From contig NC_042997.1 of assembly GCF_006345805.1 (NCBI RefSeq), positions 32,178,001 through 32,242,000 of the forward strand: a stretch of DNA of 64,000 nucleotides. The letters run 5' to 3'. Shown here piece after piece: positions 24,843 to 38,706 of this stretch. The notes below the pieces were generated by a model that saw only the letters and a program-made list of their open reading frames with translations, made no database searches and had not been told where the DNA came from. The stretch is from Octopus sinensis. Its lineage: Eukaryota. Made by a program: the position numbers and the translations under genes. The first letter of the stretch is position 1; each line of letters starts with the position of its first letter.

Positions 24843-25290
24843 ATTATCATGCTAATACTATTACATGCTTTTTGCACACTTGCACATGATTTCACCTTAG
24901 GTGGGTCCAAATGTGATGTAACAGCTTGGCTCATCAGACTCTGTGTAACTTTGACTGGACACTGTATGACCTGGTAGCCTGTTCCAACTTGTTGAATGCA
25001 TGCAGGACAAGTATTGAATCAGGTCAATCATTGACATTAAGCATTTCTGTCAATAGGTTCTAACCAACCTTCAGAGTTAATTGAAAGGTTGGACAAATTG
25101 ATTATTTAAAACATTATATTACCATATCAGTATGAATGCTGTAGTATTTTTCTTTTTAATAGTTTGTTTTATTGGTTTCAGTTTTGTAATTGTGCTGAGG
25201 ATCAATTATATTCTCAAACATTTTTACAAATGTATGTATGCTAATACACTGAATTATAGTATATACCATCTAGTATGGAATAAATCATAC

Positions 25291-25337
<47 letters not shown>

Positions 25338-25338
<1 letters not shown>

Positions 25339-25570
25339 GAAGCGCGTGGCTTAGTGGTTAGGGTGTTAGCATCATGATTGTAAGATTGTGGTTTCCATTC
25401 CTCGTCTTGAGCAAAACACTTCATTTCACGTTGCTCCAGTCCACTCATTTGGCAAAAATGAGTATCGCTGCGATGGACTGGTGTCCCGCCCAGCTGGGGA
25501 ACACATATGCCATAGAAACCAGGAAACCGGGCCCATGAGCCTGGCTAGGCTTTAAAAGGGTGCATTTATT
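25338..25570 (+). mobile_element. tRNA-derived SINE, E-type head with V-domain-like segment
   Basis: TGGCTTAGTGGTTAG A box; TGCGATGGACTGG.GTCCCG.CCAG resembles the start of the V-SINE domain (recalled, not aligned). Confidence 0.7.
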
Positions 25571-25632
25571 AATTATAAATACACACACACACACATACAT
25601 GTATGCATTTAAATTATATATGATATATCTTT

Positions 25633-25955
25633 TATCTTTCAGTCATTAGACTGTGGCTATGCTGGGGCACTGCTTTGAATTTTACTCGAATGAATTGACC
25701 TCAGTGCTTATTGTTTTAAAGCCTGGTACTTGTTCTATCAGTCTCTTTGCTGAACCATTAAGTTACAGGGACGTAAGCACACCAATACTAGTTGTTAGTC
25801 AGCGGTGGGGAACAGACACAGAGAAAACACACTCATACACAATGAGTTTCTTTTAGTTTCCATCTATGAAATCCACTCGCAAGGCTCAGGTCAGCTTGAG
25901 GCTGCAGTAGAAGACAGTTGCCAAAGGTGAAATGTAGCAATGTGCCACAGCCGTG
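25633..25955 (-). mobile_element. SINE family C, old copy
   Basis: Reverse match to the C tail and body. Confidence 0.7.
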
Positions 25956-26257
25956 TGTATGAAAATCTTGTAGCTTTTACTCAAAGCCTTGTCATGTAAG
26001 TTTTTGCTGCCATTTAATCCCGAGTTAGTACCACTCAAGTAAACCTATAATCAGTGACATTCTAGATGTGATCTTTCAGTTTTTAATTCAGGAACTGCGT
26101 ATCTAGAACTACATTATCCAAAATGTCTTTCTTTAACCTTTTTTAAATGCAAGGATGTAATTTCTAGGTCAGGCATGCTGGGGTTCTTTGTTGGTTCATC
26201 TTGTAAATGTAAGAAAATTATGAAAGTCATTTAAATATAGATTATGAAATATGTGTG

Positions 26258-26704
26258 TCATCATCATCATTGTGACCACTTTTTCATGCTTGCATGATTG
26301 AGACAGAACTTGAGGCAGATTTTCTATTGCTTGATGTCCTTCTGGTTGCTAACCTTCACATCTTTCCAAGCAAGGTGATATTTCCACTTGGCCAGACATG
26401 TTTATACAGAAGACTGGAAATGAAGGATACTGCTTGAATGATGGTGATGCAAGTTTACTATTATCATGTGATATCAAGATATTATCATGTGATATCAAGA
26501 TATTCACATACATACATAATACATACATACATACATACATACATACATACATACTACATACATACATACATACATACATACATAATACATACATACATAC
26601 ATACAACATACATACATACATACATACATACATACTACATACATACATACATACACACATACATACATACATACACACATACACACATACACACACACAT
26701 ACAT

Positions 26705-26753
<49 letters not shown>

Positions 26754-26920
26754 ATATATATAATATATATATATATATATGTACAAAGGGTTTCTTTTAG
26801 TTTCATCATATGGTTTAGATCAGCCTAGGTTATAGTAGAAGACAGTCAACCAAAGTGCCACACAGAGGAACTGAACCCAAAATCACATGGTTCGGAAGCA
26901 AGTTTTCCCATCATATAGCC
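26258..26920 (-). mobile_element. SINE family F (C-type head, distinct body, (GAT)n tail) with expanded (CATA)n/(TA)n centre
   Basis: Matches F pieces at 28983, 46600 and 62480; 21-bp tandem duplication TATTATCATGTGATATCAAGA inside. Confidence 0.7.
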
Positions 26921-28110
26921 ATATTCTATATCACTTAAACATGCTATAAACTTTTTTTTTATTAATATTAAAGTACATTTTATTCTTTTATGTCTATTTT
27001 ATATATTCCTCTACACTCAGATTAATTTTAAGGAAAAATTTCAAAGACATGTAGTTTTTGTAAATTCTTAAGTATTTGTAAGTTCTAAGCATTGTAGCCC
27101 ATTGTTCTTTTAATACACATTTCATCCCTGCATATGCATTTAAATATTCTGTTATAAGCTGGAAATAAACCAATACTCTTTGCATTATGTTTACAATATA
27201 GTTGACATTCGCTCCATTATGAAACTTCAAAATACATGAATCAGCTTCATTTGATGTTTATGTTTTGGTGAAAAAGGAATAAAATACTGTCTTGAAGTGG
27301 GGGTACATGCAAAGAATAGAAGTGAATATTACTTGAAACTTTAGGATAGTTTGCTTAGTAAGTTGTTCAATTACCTACTTCCACTGTGGTACCATTGTTA
27401 AAAAGATAATGGAGTCATTAAAAGAATGAAATATTGGCACATTCTTTAAATAAAAGCAATCATGCTTTAGAAGATAAAAACTGTTGTACATAGAGGATTG
27501 TGTGTGTGTGTATGTGTGTGTGTGAACTAGAAGTACAAACACATTTATATATTGCTCTTATGTCTCAAGCATGTATGATAAACTTTTGTTTTTCTTTGAG
27601 AGAGAAAGAAGAAAAAAATTGTGGAATGTGTATGTATGTAAGTGAGTAAACAAATCTATTAAAATAGAGAAAATAAATTCAAGAAATGTTCTTTGAATTT
27701 AATTAACTCTTCTATTATCATGGCAATAAATAAACACCAGCAGAGGGTATATGTATGGTGTAAGTTTACAATATAAGAAGTCCTGTAGGAATGTCTCTGT
27801 GATTTTTACATTTGAATTTGACTTTTCTGCATTAATTACTTCAATGCTGATAGTCTTTGTTTTGTTAGCGTGTGACTCCATACATGGTTCAAATTTAGGT
27901 TGACATCTTGAGGGTAAATAGAATGAAGTGAAATAAAAATCTTAAAAAAGGAAACCACTATTATTTAAAATTTAATCAATTATAATTTTGCTTTCTTTCT
28001 TTCTTTCTTTCTTTTTTTTCTTCAAATCTAAGTTGATTAGTAATTGGCATTCTAATGCAGTGAATTGGGCTGAGTCAGTAGAAAGCTGAGTAGGACATGA
28101 AATGGTTTAA

Positions 28111-28329
28111 CCCTTTAGTGTTCAGATTATTCTATCAAACATAATGCCTATTGATTCACATTGATTTCAATTAATCATGCATTATCTCATATCTTCAAGA
28201 TCTTGATGGTGTAATTACTTAATGTAGAATGACATTGTAGGGTAGGTGTGAGAGCCTGGATCTGGTCGGTTTGAACATAAAACAGATTAAATATTTTGGC
28301 CGGATATGGCCGGTTTAAATACTAAAGGG
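28111..28329. mobile_element. Intact TTAA-flanked MITE1 (piggyBac-like)
   Basis: TTAA|CCCTTTAG...CTAAAGGG|TTAA terminal inverted repeats, 219 bp. Confidence 0.88.
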
Positions 28330-28982
28330 TTAACTGTATCTAGCTCAGTATTTTACAAACTTGAGTTCAAATAGTGGCTGAATTAACTTCAGTTTTAATT
28401 CTTTCCCTGGCATCATGGATCAGCACCCATGACTCTCACAGGCTCTCTGATTCTGGTGATATTGATACAGTTTATATTCAGCTTGTTTCATAAGTAGGAA
28501 GGGAAATCTTCTGAGAATAAAGGACTGGGTGAATTTGATGTGGGGCTTAAAGGATGAGACATAGTAAGGGAATGTGAAGGGAGATAGATGTTGGTGGGCC
28601 TAGAAGTTGGTAAGCAACTAGCTAGTTTAAAAAAGCAGAGGCTTGTACAAGTTGTTATTGCAGTGGTGATGGAATTAGTAGAAGAAGAATAGTCAAAGAG
28701 TGCAGGGACAGCACATCTATGAGCCAGAGATTGCAGTGAGTTGCTGAGTGACTTTTTGCAAATCAGTGAGGTGCAGGGTTAGCATTTTCCTTTAGATAAA
28801 CAAGGTGATTGCCTAAGCCCCAAAATCTGAGGATACCAGAAAAAGAAAAAAAATGTACGACAAATTCTTTTTTTTTTTTCAACTTTAGCTGTGTATTCAT
28901 TTCTATCAACGAAGAATTACTGTTTTGGCAGTGGCAGAAAATTGAATTATCAATAGTAAAACAATTGTTGCATTATTGTATA

Positions 28983-29377
28983 TCATCATCATGTTCATTT
29001 TTCCATCCCTACATGTGTCACATGTAATTAGAGGCAGATTTACTGTGCCTAGGTTCCCTTTCTGCTACCAACTCTCACTTGTTTCCAAGTAAATATTTCC
29101 CTGTGGCTGAAAATGTTTCCACAGAAGATTGGAAATGGGTACTACTTCTATAAAAGTGACACTCATCTACAATTATCAAATAACATCAACACAAGGAAAC
29201 ACATTCACACATACATATATGATGAGCTTCTTTCAGTTTCCATCTACCAAATCCACTCACAAGACTTTGGTCTGGTGGGAGTAGAACACCTCTTAACCCA
29301 AGGTGCCCCAGAATGAAACTGAACCCCAAAACACATGGTTGGGAAGCAATGTTCTTAATCACACAGCTATGCTTGCA
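28983..29377 (-). mobile_element. SINE family F
   Basis: (CAT)n tail, F body, C-type head. Confidence 0.7.
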
Positions 29378-29922
29378 CCAATATTATACACTATATAAAA
29401 TATACTCCTGGTTGTATACAGCAAATGGATATAACTGGAAGAAAGGGGTACTCATTGTAAGGTTAGCAGATTGTGCTGAAAACTCTGGTACCAGTCCTGG
29501 TCAGAAGGTTTTTGTTTCGTTGTGATCTAAAGTGTGAATGTGTGTGTGCATGCATGTGTGTATATATGTGTAACACTTGTTATGGGAGTAGTATTATGTT
29601 GTGAGTTCTACTTCAGGTCTGTACGGGGTCAGTAATTAGTCAGAGATGAAATATTTTCTGGCTATCCCTTGGAGGCATAGTTTTTGTACGTGGGATTATC
29701 ATAGATGATGAAGTCTAAGGGCTTGAAAGAAATATAGAATGTTTATTCATTCAAACATTAATTTCTCCTCTTCTAGCAAAATTCCATCCATCCATCTTCT
29801 CTACCCAATATTCCTGTGAGGGTTATGGAGTAGAGACCTCAGGTATCTTTTCCATAGAGCCATACCAGAAGCAACCATCATCACACTTTTAAGCTGGACT
29901 CTGAAATGTGACCAACCGAGGA

Positions 29923-30236
29923 GGAGGAGACCCCTTTTGGTCATGAATGACCATGGAGTTGCACCTAGAAAGTTCCCCTCCAAGGCACAAGTCCAAGCAT
30001 GGGTTTTTATGCAGACCAGTCTCCCTTCTCCACACCACTGATGTTGTCCAAGGGAAAGAAAGGCAAAAGCTGATACAGCTTGGCACCAGTGATATTGCAT
30101 CTCATTTCTATAGTTGAGTGAAGTGGAGCAACATGAAATAAAGTGTCTTGTTCAAAAGCACAACACAGCCCTGTCTGGGAATTGAACTAACTACCTCAGG
30201 ATTGTAAACCTGATGCTCTAACCATGAGCTATAACC
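29923..30236 (-). mobile_element. SINE family E
   Basis: Reverse match to 636-935 plus a CATTCATGACCAAAAGGGG tail. Confidence 0.8.
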
Positions 30237-30275
30237 AAGGCTATGTTTATTATCCAACCATCTCATTCTTGATCT

Positions 30276-30669
30276 GGAATTGGATGGAAGCACTCCGTCA
30301 GTTATGATGACGAGGGTTCCGGTTAATCCGAATCAACGGAACAGCCTGCTCGTGAAATTAACGTGTAAGTGGCTGAGCACTCCACAGACACGTGTACCCT
30401 TAACGTAGTTCTCGGGGATATTCAGCGTGACACAGAGAGTGACAAGGCCGGCCCTTCGAAATACAGGTACAACAGAAACAGGAAGTAAGAGTGAGAGAAA
30501 GTTGTGGTGAAAGAGTACAGCGGGGATCACCACCATCCCCTGCCGGAGCCTCATAGAGCTTTAGGTGTTTTCGCTCAATAAACACTCACAACGCCCGGTC
30601 TGGGAATCGAAACTGCGATCCTACGACCGCGAGTCCGCTGCCCTAACCACTGGGCCATTGCGCCTCCAC
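30276..30669 (-). mobile_element. Young full-length tRNA-derived SINE, family A, 12-bp TSD
   Basis: Head GGAGGCGCAATGGCCCAGTGGTTAGG...TTTCGATTCCC; CpG-rich; TSD CATTCTTGATCT at 30264-30275 and 30670-30681. Confidence 0.92.
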
Positions 30670-31204
30670 CATTCTTGATCTACCCCACTAGATCAGTCAC
30701 TTGACTTGGCTTGAAGAATCTGTTTTGCAATTCTTTTCCTGCAACATTTTAATCACATGTCCTTAATACTGGATCTGTGACCTTTGTTAATAACAAAAAA
30801 AAAAGAAAAAAAAAATCAGTATGTTTATAGTTTATTGTACCTATCCTATAAAAAAAAAAAAGCAGTCATTCCACTGAGATTGTTTACATGAGTCTTCTTC
30901 ATTGTTATATACTGTTGACTTTTCCATGGTTTTCCTCTAAGCTTGAACCGTGAACTGTTTAATCTGTGCTTTCTTCCCTTCACTCAGGAGAGGAAATATG
31001 TGTTATGTTGTACACATTAGATTGAATGTAATAAGTTTTTATTTATTTTCTGTTTTACAATTTATTTTGTGAATTAAATTATTTTCAATAAATAAAAACA
31101 AAAAGACAAATGTTTATCTAAAATTGACAAATTATGCAGCACTTTGCCATAAGCAAAGTTTATTCAGGAAGTATTGCGGAGAAACGTCAAGTAAACATGC
31201 ACAC

Positions 31205-31500
31205 ATGCACTCACTCACTCGCTCACTTTCTCTCTTTCTCTCTCCTCCTTTCACCCTCTCTCTCTTTCTCTCCCTCTCCTCTACTTTCCCTCTCTCCTTT
31301 TCTCTCTTTCTCTCTCCTCCTTTCACCCTCTCTCTCTTTCTCTCCCTCTCCTCTACTTTCCCTCTCTCCTTTTCTCTCTTCCCTTCCTCTCTCTCTACCT
31401 TCCCTCTCTCCTTTTCTTCTCTCCTTTTCTCCCTTTCCTCCCTCTCCCCGTCTTCCCTTCCCATTTCTTTCCTCTCCCCCTCTCCTACCCTCTCTCTGCA
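31205..31500. repeat. Polypyrimidine (CT-rich) tract with a 72-bp internal duplication
   Basis: 24-codon repeat visible in minus ORF 31132-31566. Confidence 0.9.
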
Positions 31501-31905
31501 CTCACTCACACACACACACACACACACACATTTGTTCTCTTCTATCATTTTACTGGTTTCGCCCATTACACTGCAACCGTACAGGAGTACTACCTTGAAA
31601 TGTTTTAGTCAATCATTTAAACTCCAATACTTTATCTGATACATATTTATATCTACCTTGTGAGAAGAGAAAGGTAAAGTTGAAGTAATCATAAAAGAAT
31701 GTAACCAAAGCAGAATAAAATGCTACAAGGTACTTTTGTTTGACAAGCCATTCTTTCACACCAGACATGTATGTATGTGCATGTGTGTATCGAAGTGTGG
31801 ATGAACTCAGTAAATTCAACAGCCGTCCATCAGCAGGGACTGAGGCACCCCTAGTCTTTGTTTAGACATCTCTCTAGATGATGGGCAACTCTGATATAAT
31901 ACCTA

Positions 31906-32062
31906 TTTCTTTACTACCCACAAGGGGCTAAACACAGAGGAGACAAACAAGGACAGACAGACGGATTAAGTCGATTATATCGACCCCAGTGCATAACTGG
32001 TACTTATTTAATCGACCCCGAAAGGATGAAAGGCAAAGTCGGCCTTGGCGGAATTTGAACTT
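31906..32062 (-). mobile_element. SINE family B, 5'-truncated
   Basis: Reverse match to the B central domain and tail. Confidence 0.85.
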
Positions 32063-32504
32063 CCTTTGCTTCCAATGATGTAGACTACTTCTTCTTTTTG
32101 GGTAAATGTATATATTTATTTAGAGAGTGTAATTGGTTCTGTGCTAGTCCTTTCTTCGCTTTAAAAAGCTTCAAGCAAAAGCATCACTTGATTTTTGATG
32201 TCTCTGTTATGTGCTACATACTATGACTGGCCATAGCTATAAAATGTCAAAACACTCAATGAAAATTTCCATAATAGAATGAAAGCATGGGTGGTAACTC
32301 TATGAGCACCTACTATCAGCTTGGGTAATAATTCTCTGAACACCTGATGTTTCAAGAGGTTCTCAGCATTGTTACATCTGTGTAAAACAGTGTAGATCCC
32401 TTGCGGGGGGGGGGGGACAGAAAAACCACCTCTGTGTTGCTTTAAGAGAACAATCAAGTGATAGCGATGGCATTACTCAGGATCAAGTTGCAGCCACCTT
32501 ATAT

Positions 32505-32785
<281 letters not shown>

Positions 32786-33343
32786 ATCATATTTTATTCT
32801 CTGATTTCTCTCCGTAACTTACAAAGCCTTTCGCATTTGTTTACAAATATTATATATGTATGTGTGTGTGTGTGTACATGTTATTCACTTTTATAGCCAC
32901 ATTTGCAAACCTGGTATTTTACAGCTAGATATCTCTCTTAGTGCTAAGCATTCAATCATGAAATTAGAAAATAACTGGTGTTTTTTGATATACAGTTGAA
33001 GTGGACTAAGCAAAGTTGTCAAGCCCAGGTGCACAACACTATAGATGTAATTAGATTTCACGCATGAGGATGATGATGTCCTTGTAGTTTAACTCCTTCA
33101 TTCATAACTAGCATGCCTTAGGAATCAATTGATTCATGATGATAATGTCTGAAGAAAATCACAAATGACATGTGGAGCATTATCATTTGGCAGAATTATT
33201 TGAGGGTTGAACCGAATACCTTGCAGTATTTCTGCTTGCTCTTTACACTTTCATTTTAGATCCCTCTGAAGTTAACTTGGCCTTTCATCCTTTTGGGGGT
33301 GGATAAAATAAAGTGCCTGTTGAGCATTACAATCTATTTAGTT

Positions 33344-33597
33344 CAGTGGTTCCCAGACTTTTTTGGGCTGCTGCCCCCTTGACACCCAGACCACATTCCT
33401 AGCACCGCCACCCCAACTAACCATCACAAACATAGACCGATTTCTAAAGTAAATTGAAAGCAACTGTATTTCACAAATAAAACTTAACCTAACGAACCTA
33501 TTATTTTGTTGTTTTTACATGAATCACTACCCCATTATCACCCCACTTTTCTTAAGCGCTCCCAGGGGGACAATACCACCCACTTTGGGAACCACTG
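33344..33597. mobile_element. hAT-type MITE
   Basis: TIR CAGTGGTTCCCA/TGGGAACCACTG; 8-bp TSD ATTTAGTT/ATTCAGTT (7/8). Confidence 0.85.
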
Positions 33598-33758
33598 ATT
33601 CAGTTGATTAAACCCCACTTGCTAAATTTATATCCTTGTATATATATATCAGAAATGATTTTGTCTCTTTAGGTGACGACTTTGTCTTGTAATTTTCTTT
33701 GTAATCTAAATCTCTTGCTGATTATATTTTTATATTTCTATACAACAGATTTCTTATA

Positions 33759-33992
33759 GACGGCAGCGAGCTGGCAGAAATGTTAGCACGCTGGGCGAAA
33801 TGCGTAGCCCTTTTTCATCTGTCTTTACATTCTGAGTTCAAATTCCACTGAGGTCGACTTTGCCTTTCATCCTTTTAGGGTCAATAAATTAAGTACCAGT
33901 TACACACTGGGGTCGATGTAATCAACTTAATCCCTTTGTCTGTCCTTGTTTGTCTACTCTATGTTTAGCCCCTTGTGGGCAATAAAGAAATA
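33759..33992 (+). mobile_element. SINE family B, full length, 12-bp TSD
   Basis: TSD AGATTTCTTATA at 33747-33758 and 33993-34004. Confidence 0.9.
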
Positions 33993-34398
33993 AGATTTCT
34001 TATATACTCACAGTATTTTAAAAATAAATAAGTGTAATGTAACAATAGCTCAACAGTGGTTTAAGTCTCTGGACGGTAATCATGTTCGAGCATTGTCTTA
34101 ACAATCCTATCGTCATTTCAGTTTGGTACCTTTTTTTTTGTTGTTGTTTTCTGTTTATTGAATGATTAAGTTATAAGTTACTTTTTCTGATGTAAAGAGA
34201 TGCAGACAGACACATTAAGCTATTTCATTGCTTTTGTTTACCAAATTCCAGTCACAAGGCCAAAGGTACAGTCAGACCAAAAGTACAGACATTTGCTTGA
34301 GATGGTGTACAGTGGGATTAAGCACAGAACCATATGGTTGAGAAAGGAGCTTCTTAACCACGTACTTTTACTTGTTTCAGTCACTGGACTACATTCAT

Positions 34399-34908
34399 AG
34401 GTTAAGTTAATTTTTTGGCTCAAAAAGCAAGGCCATGTAGGGGGACATGGAGTTATGTACAGGGAGGGTGTTCATGCAAAGAGTTCAGGCCATTTCTGGT
34501 CAAGAGAGACTTTGAACCGAGCGGTCGTTGGCATCTTCACTATCTCGTCCGGCAGCTTATTCCACGGATCAGCAACCCGGATGGAGAAAGCCCCTCTCCT
34601 TCGATTGAGATGAAATCATCACAGATAGAGCTTTTTTGGAGTGACCCCGCAGCCGACACTCTGGAGCAGGAGTGAAGAACAGCTCTTTTGTGAGGTTACA
34701 CTTTCCGCTTATGATGTGGTGAGCAAGAATGAGATCACCACGGTGTCGTCGTTTTTCTAGAGAATAAAGGTCAAGAGTCTTCAGCCTTTCTTCATAAGAC
34801 AAATGTTTGAGACCAAGAACCATGTGGGTACCCAGCTTCTGGACTCTTTCGAGATGATGTATGTCTTTGAGGAGATAAGGAAAAGAGGCTTGAATCCCGT
34901 ACTTCAAT
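34399..34908 (-). mobile_element. CR1-clade LINE, 5'-truncated 3' fragment
   Basis: KDIHHLERVQK...LSYEERLKTLDLYSLEKRRHRGDLI...LRGHSKK, then FSIRVADPWNKLP in a shifted frame; TTAAC-type tail. Confidence 0.92.
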
Positions 34909-35270
34909 ATGGTGGGGCACTGCCTTGAAAAGCTTAGTCAGACAAATTGCTCCATTGTACTTATTTTTAGGTCTTGTACTTATTTTGTTGATTGCTTTTG
35001 CCTAACCGTTAAGTTATGGGGACATAAACCAATGCAGGTTGTCAAGCATGTGGGTGGGCAGCACAATGATGTGCGCGCATACACGCACTCACAAATACAT
35101 ATATACACTATGGGCCTCCACATAGTTTCTATCTACCAAATTCACTCACAAGGTAATGATCAGCTCAGGGTTATAGTCAAAAACACTTGCCCAAGGTGCT
35201 ACTGTATAGTCAGACTCTACTTCAAACTATGTAGTTCAAAAGCAAGCTTCTTAACTATGCATCTATATTG
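34909..35270 (-). mobile_element. SINE family C whose tail is split by the CR1 insertion
   Basis: Tail remainder CTTGTTTCAGTCA at ~34370-34390 on the other side of the CR1. Confidence 0.7.
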
Positions 35271-35632
35271 CCTACATCTGTATTGTCAAAAAGGAAATAG
35301 TTCATAGTTTCCAATATATTAATTTTTTTGGGTTTTTTTTTTTCATGTAAAACCATCAAAATAAAATTATAATTATGACATGAAATGTAAAAAGACACAA
35401 AGCCAAAGTTCTCTGATGTGATGTGGTTAACCATTGCCACTTCAGCTTGAAATGAATAGTTAATCAGTTAAAAATTATTCTATCTGTAATAAACCTAAGA
35501 ATTTATGCATGCCAATATTGATTTCTTAACTTTAGAAATCAATATTGATTTCTTATAAAACATGACAATATTAATCTCTTTGTATTAATCCTCTCCCTCC
35601 TTCCTTCCCTCCCTCTTTTCCCTTCTCTTTCC

Positions 35633-35633
<1 letters not shown>

Positions 35634-35716
<83 letters not shown>
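35634..35716. repeat. (CTAT)n tetranucleotide microsatellite
   Basis: Perfect run of about 20 units. Confidence 0.97.
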
Positions 35717-35719
<3 letters not shown>

Positions 35720-35834
35720 CTCTTGCATTAGCCAACATTTCTGTTGTCTTCTCCAACTACTATTCACCCCAGCCCCCTCTTCTAGTAGTTGTATCATAAT
35801 AATAGTTACTATCTACTTTTATAATGTGTGTGTA

Positions 35835-35873
<39 letters not shown>

Positions 35874-36454
35874 AACTAACTGCTGCACTTTCTGCTAGAG
35901 GTTGATGACCTGCCCCTATTCTTAATCATTCTCATTTTCTCTGTACCTTTTTTTAAATGTATATCCAACCCATGCTAGCATGGAAAACGGACGCTAAACG
36001 ATGATGATGATGATGATGATGATATGCATGCATTCACACACACATGCAGACATAATAACATTTATAATATATGGTTTTTGTAATGAGCATCTGTTAAAAG
36101 CTCAACAATATGTTTTCACGTAAAACTATAATGCAGTGTTGGCCTTAAGCCAATCTATATCACAAGGTGGCCAGTGGTAAAACCACTGGTAAATTTTATA
36201 CTTTGACATAAATCACTACAGGCAATCAGAAATAGACTGGTAGCATGTTACAACAGGCAAGTTTCTTCAAGAAAGTTGGCAGTGTGCAACTAGGAGCATT
36301 CTTGAATGGTTCGTATGTTGTGGCCATAGGTATATTTAGGAGTAAGTTAGTAGTCTTACATGGGTTGATATCACTTGGTCAGAAGCAGTTTCAGACATGT
36401 TGGTGTGGTTTATTTAAATAATAATAATAATAATGATAATAGTAATGATGATGA

Positions 36455-37249
36455 TTTCAAATTTTGGCACAAGGCCAGCAATTACGAGGGAAGGGGTAGG
36501 TCGATTACATTGACCCCAGTGCTCAAAAAGTTAACCTCTGCAAAGTTTGAACTCAGAATGTAAAGACGGATGAAATACTGCTAAGCATTTTGCCCTGCGT
36601 GCTAACAATTCTGTCAGCTTGCTACCATAATAATAATAATAATCCTTTCTACTATAGACACAAGGCCTGAAAATTTGGGGAGGGATAAGTTGATTACAGC
36701 AACCCCTGTGCTCAACTGGTACTTAATTTATTGACCCTGAAAGGATGAAAAGCAAAGTCTACCTTGCAGAAATTGAACTCAGAATGTAGAGCCAAAAGAA
36801 ATGCTGCTAAGCATCTTCTCCAGCTCAATAACAGTTCTGCCAGCTCACCACCTTAGTAGTAGTAGTAGTAGTAATACTTTCTGTTATTAGCACAAGGCCT
36901 GAAATTTTTGGGGAAGTAGGCTAGTCAATTACATTGACTAGTGCTCATCTGGTACTTATTTCATAGATCCTGGAAGGACGAAAGGCAAAGTTGGTCTTAG
37001 TGAAATTTGAACCTGGCACACTAGACAAAATGCTTCATGGAATAATAATCCTTTCTATTAAAGGCACAAGGCCTGAAATTTTGGGGGAATGGACAAGTTG
37101 ATTACATTAACCCCAGTTTTTCACTGATACTTATTTTATTGACCCTGAAAGCTAACCACGGCAGAATTTGAACTCAGAATGTATAGACGGATGGAATGCC
37201 ACTAAGCATTTTGGCCAGCATGCTAACAATTCTGCCAGCTTGCCACCTT
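36455..37249 (-). mobile_element. Four head-to-tail B-variant SINEs
   Basis: Copies at ~36455-36626, 36641-36853, 36875-37040, 37047-37249, separated by (AAT)n/(AGT)n. Confidence 0.85.
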
Positions 37250-37402
37250 AGATAATAATAACGATGATGATGATAATAACATTTTGTTTGGGTTACAGTT
37301 TATTTACTATCTTGAATGAATCATGTATTACTGAAATAACGGAGAGGCAAAGAGGAAAACAAAATCACTATTTAAAAAATATTAAATAAAAGTAATGAAT
37401 TT

Positions 37403-37491
37403 TTAATTAGATCCAAAGTTGAATTGGGTAGAGATGTGAAATTGATACATTTCCTCAAATACATTTGCTAATTCAGGCCATCCATTAGGAC
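37403..37491 (-). CDS. Candidate terminal exon GPNGWPELANVFEEMYQFHISTQFNFGSN* (unidentified)
   Basis: TTTTAATTTCAG acceptor, open phase-1 frame, non-repetitive DNA; no homology recognised. Confidence 0.25.
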
Positions 37492-38319
37492 CTGAAATTA
37501 AAACGTCTAACTTTATTCACCAAAGAATTATGTTCTGTTGCGAAGAAAATATTTCTTGAACTATGGTTTTAAGCAATCTTATTATGTTTTAACTGCTTTT
37601 ACATATAAATTATCCAAATATAAAACTGTGGGGAATGAAGAAAGACTGTATGTGTGTAGTTGTACACACGTACAGACATGTATGTGAATGAATAAAAGTT
37701 TTGTGATTAAAAATTTTTTTTTTTTCCTCTTTCTATCGGATTATCAAGTCAGGATCAAATAAGAACCTTATCAGCTTTCATTATAAGGAAGCTGATAAAA
37801 TAACATTGTTGTTTTCCATTTAGAATGCATTCATTTTTGACATCTGTCAAAGGAAAATACAATAATTGACCAATTGCTTGTATTAATGCAAATACTTGTG
37901 TATATATCTGAATGAAGTTTCTCTTTGCTATTTCAATAATATTTTCAAAGTATTGGTGCTGTTCTTCTTTCTTTTTCTTCTTCTTTTTTTTTAAGGAAGA
38001 AATTTCAGACAAATGTAACAAAAAAAATAAGAGAAGGATTGGGTGTTACTGTCTTCTCTCTGTCAGACCATTACAATCTTTCATTAAAGATTGTTATTAA
38101 AAATGAAATTAAATTTTAATTTCATAACAACTGTAGATGTCATCTGTAGTTTGTTCTCTTTCATTAATAGTTTTACAGGTGATCTTTTGATTGTTGTTTT
38201 TAATTTTTTAAGACCCTTTTAAGTCTGCAGCATCTGGCAAAAAACTGAAAGTTTCTTTGCAGTGACACATAATGAAAGATTGGCCAGTTGTAAAATCTCT
38301 TTTCATTTACATTACTCTT

Positions 38320-38706
38320 ACTCTTTTTACTCTTTTACTTGTTTCAGTCATTTGACTGCGGCCATGCTGGAGCACCGCCTTTAGTCGAGCAAATCGACCC
38401 CGGGACTTTGTAAGCCCAGTACTTATTCTATCGGTCTCTTTTGCCGAACCGCTAAGTGACGGGGACGTAAACACACCAGCATCGGTTGTCAAGCAATGCT
38501 AGGGGGACAAACACACATACATGCACACATATATACATATATACGACAGGCTTCTTTCAGTTTCCGTCTACCAAATCCACTCACAAGGCATTGGTCGGCC
38601 CGGAGCTATAGCAGAAGACACTTGCCCAAGATGCCACGCAGTGGAACTGAACCCGGAACCATGTGGTTGGTTAGCAAGCTACTTACCACACAGCCACTCC
38701 TGCGCC
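38320..38706 (-). mobile_element. Young full-length SINE family C
   Basis: Near-identical to 47800 and 55695 copies. Confidence 0.92.

Noticed and set aside
26349-26809. 100-121-aa ORFs (also 31124-31639, 32473-32896, 60713-61222)
   Set aside because: Translations of microsatellites or low-complexity DNA.
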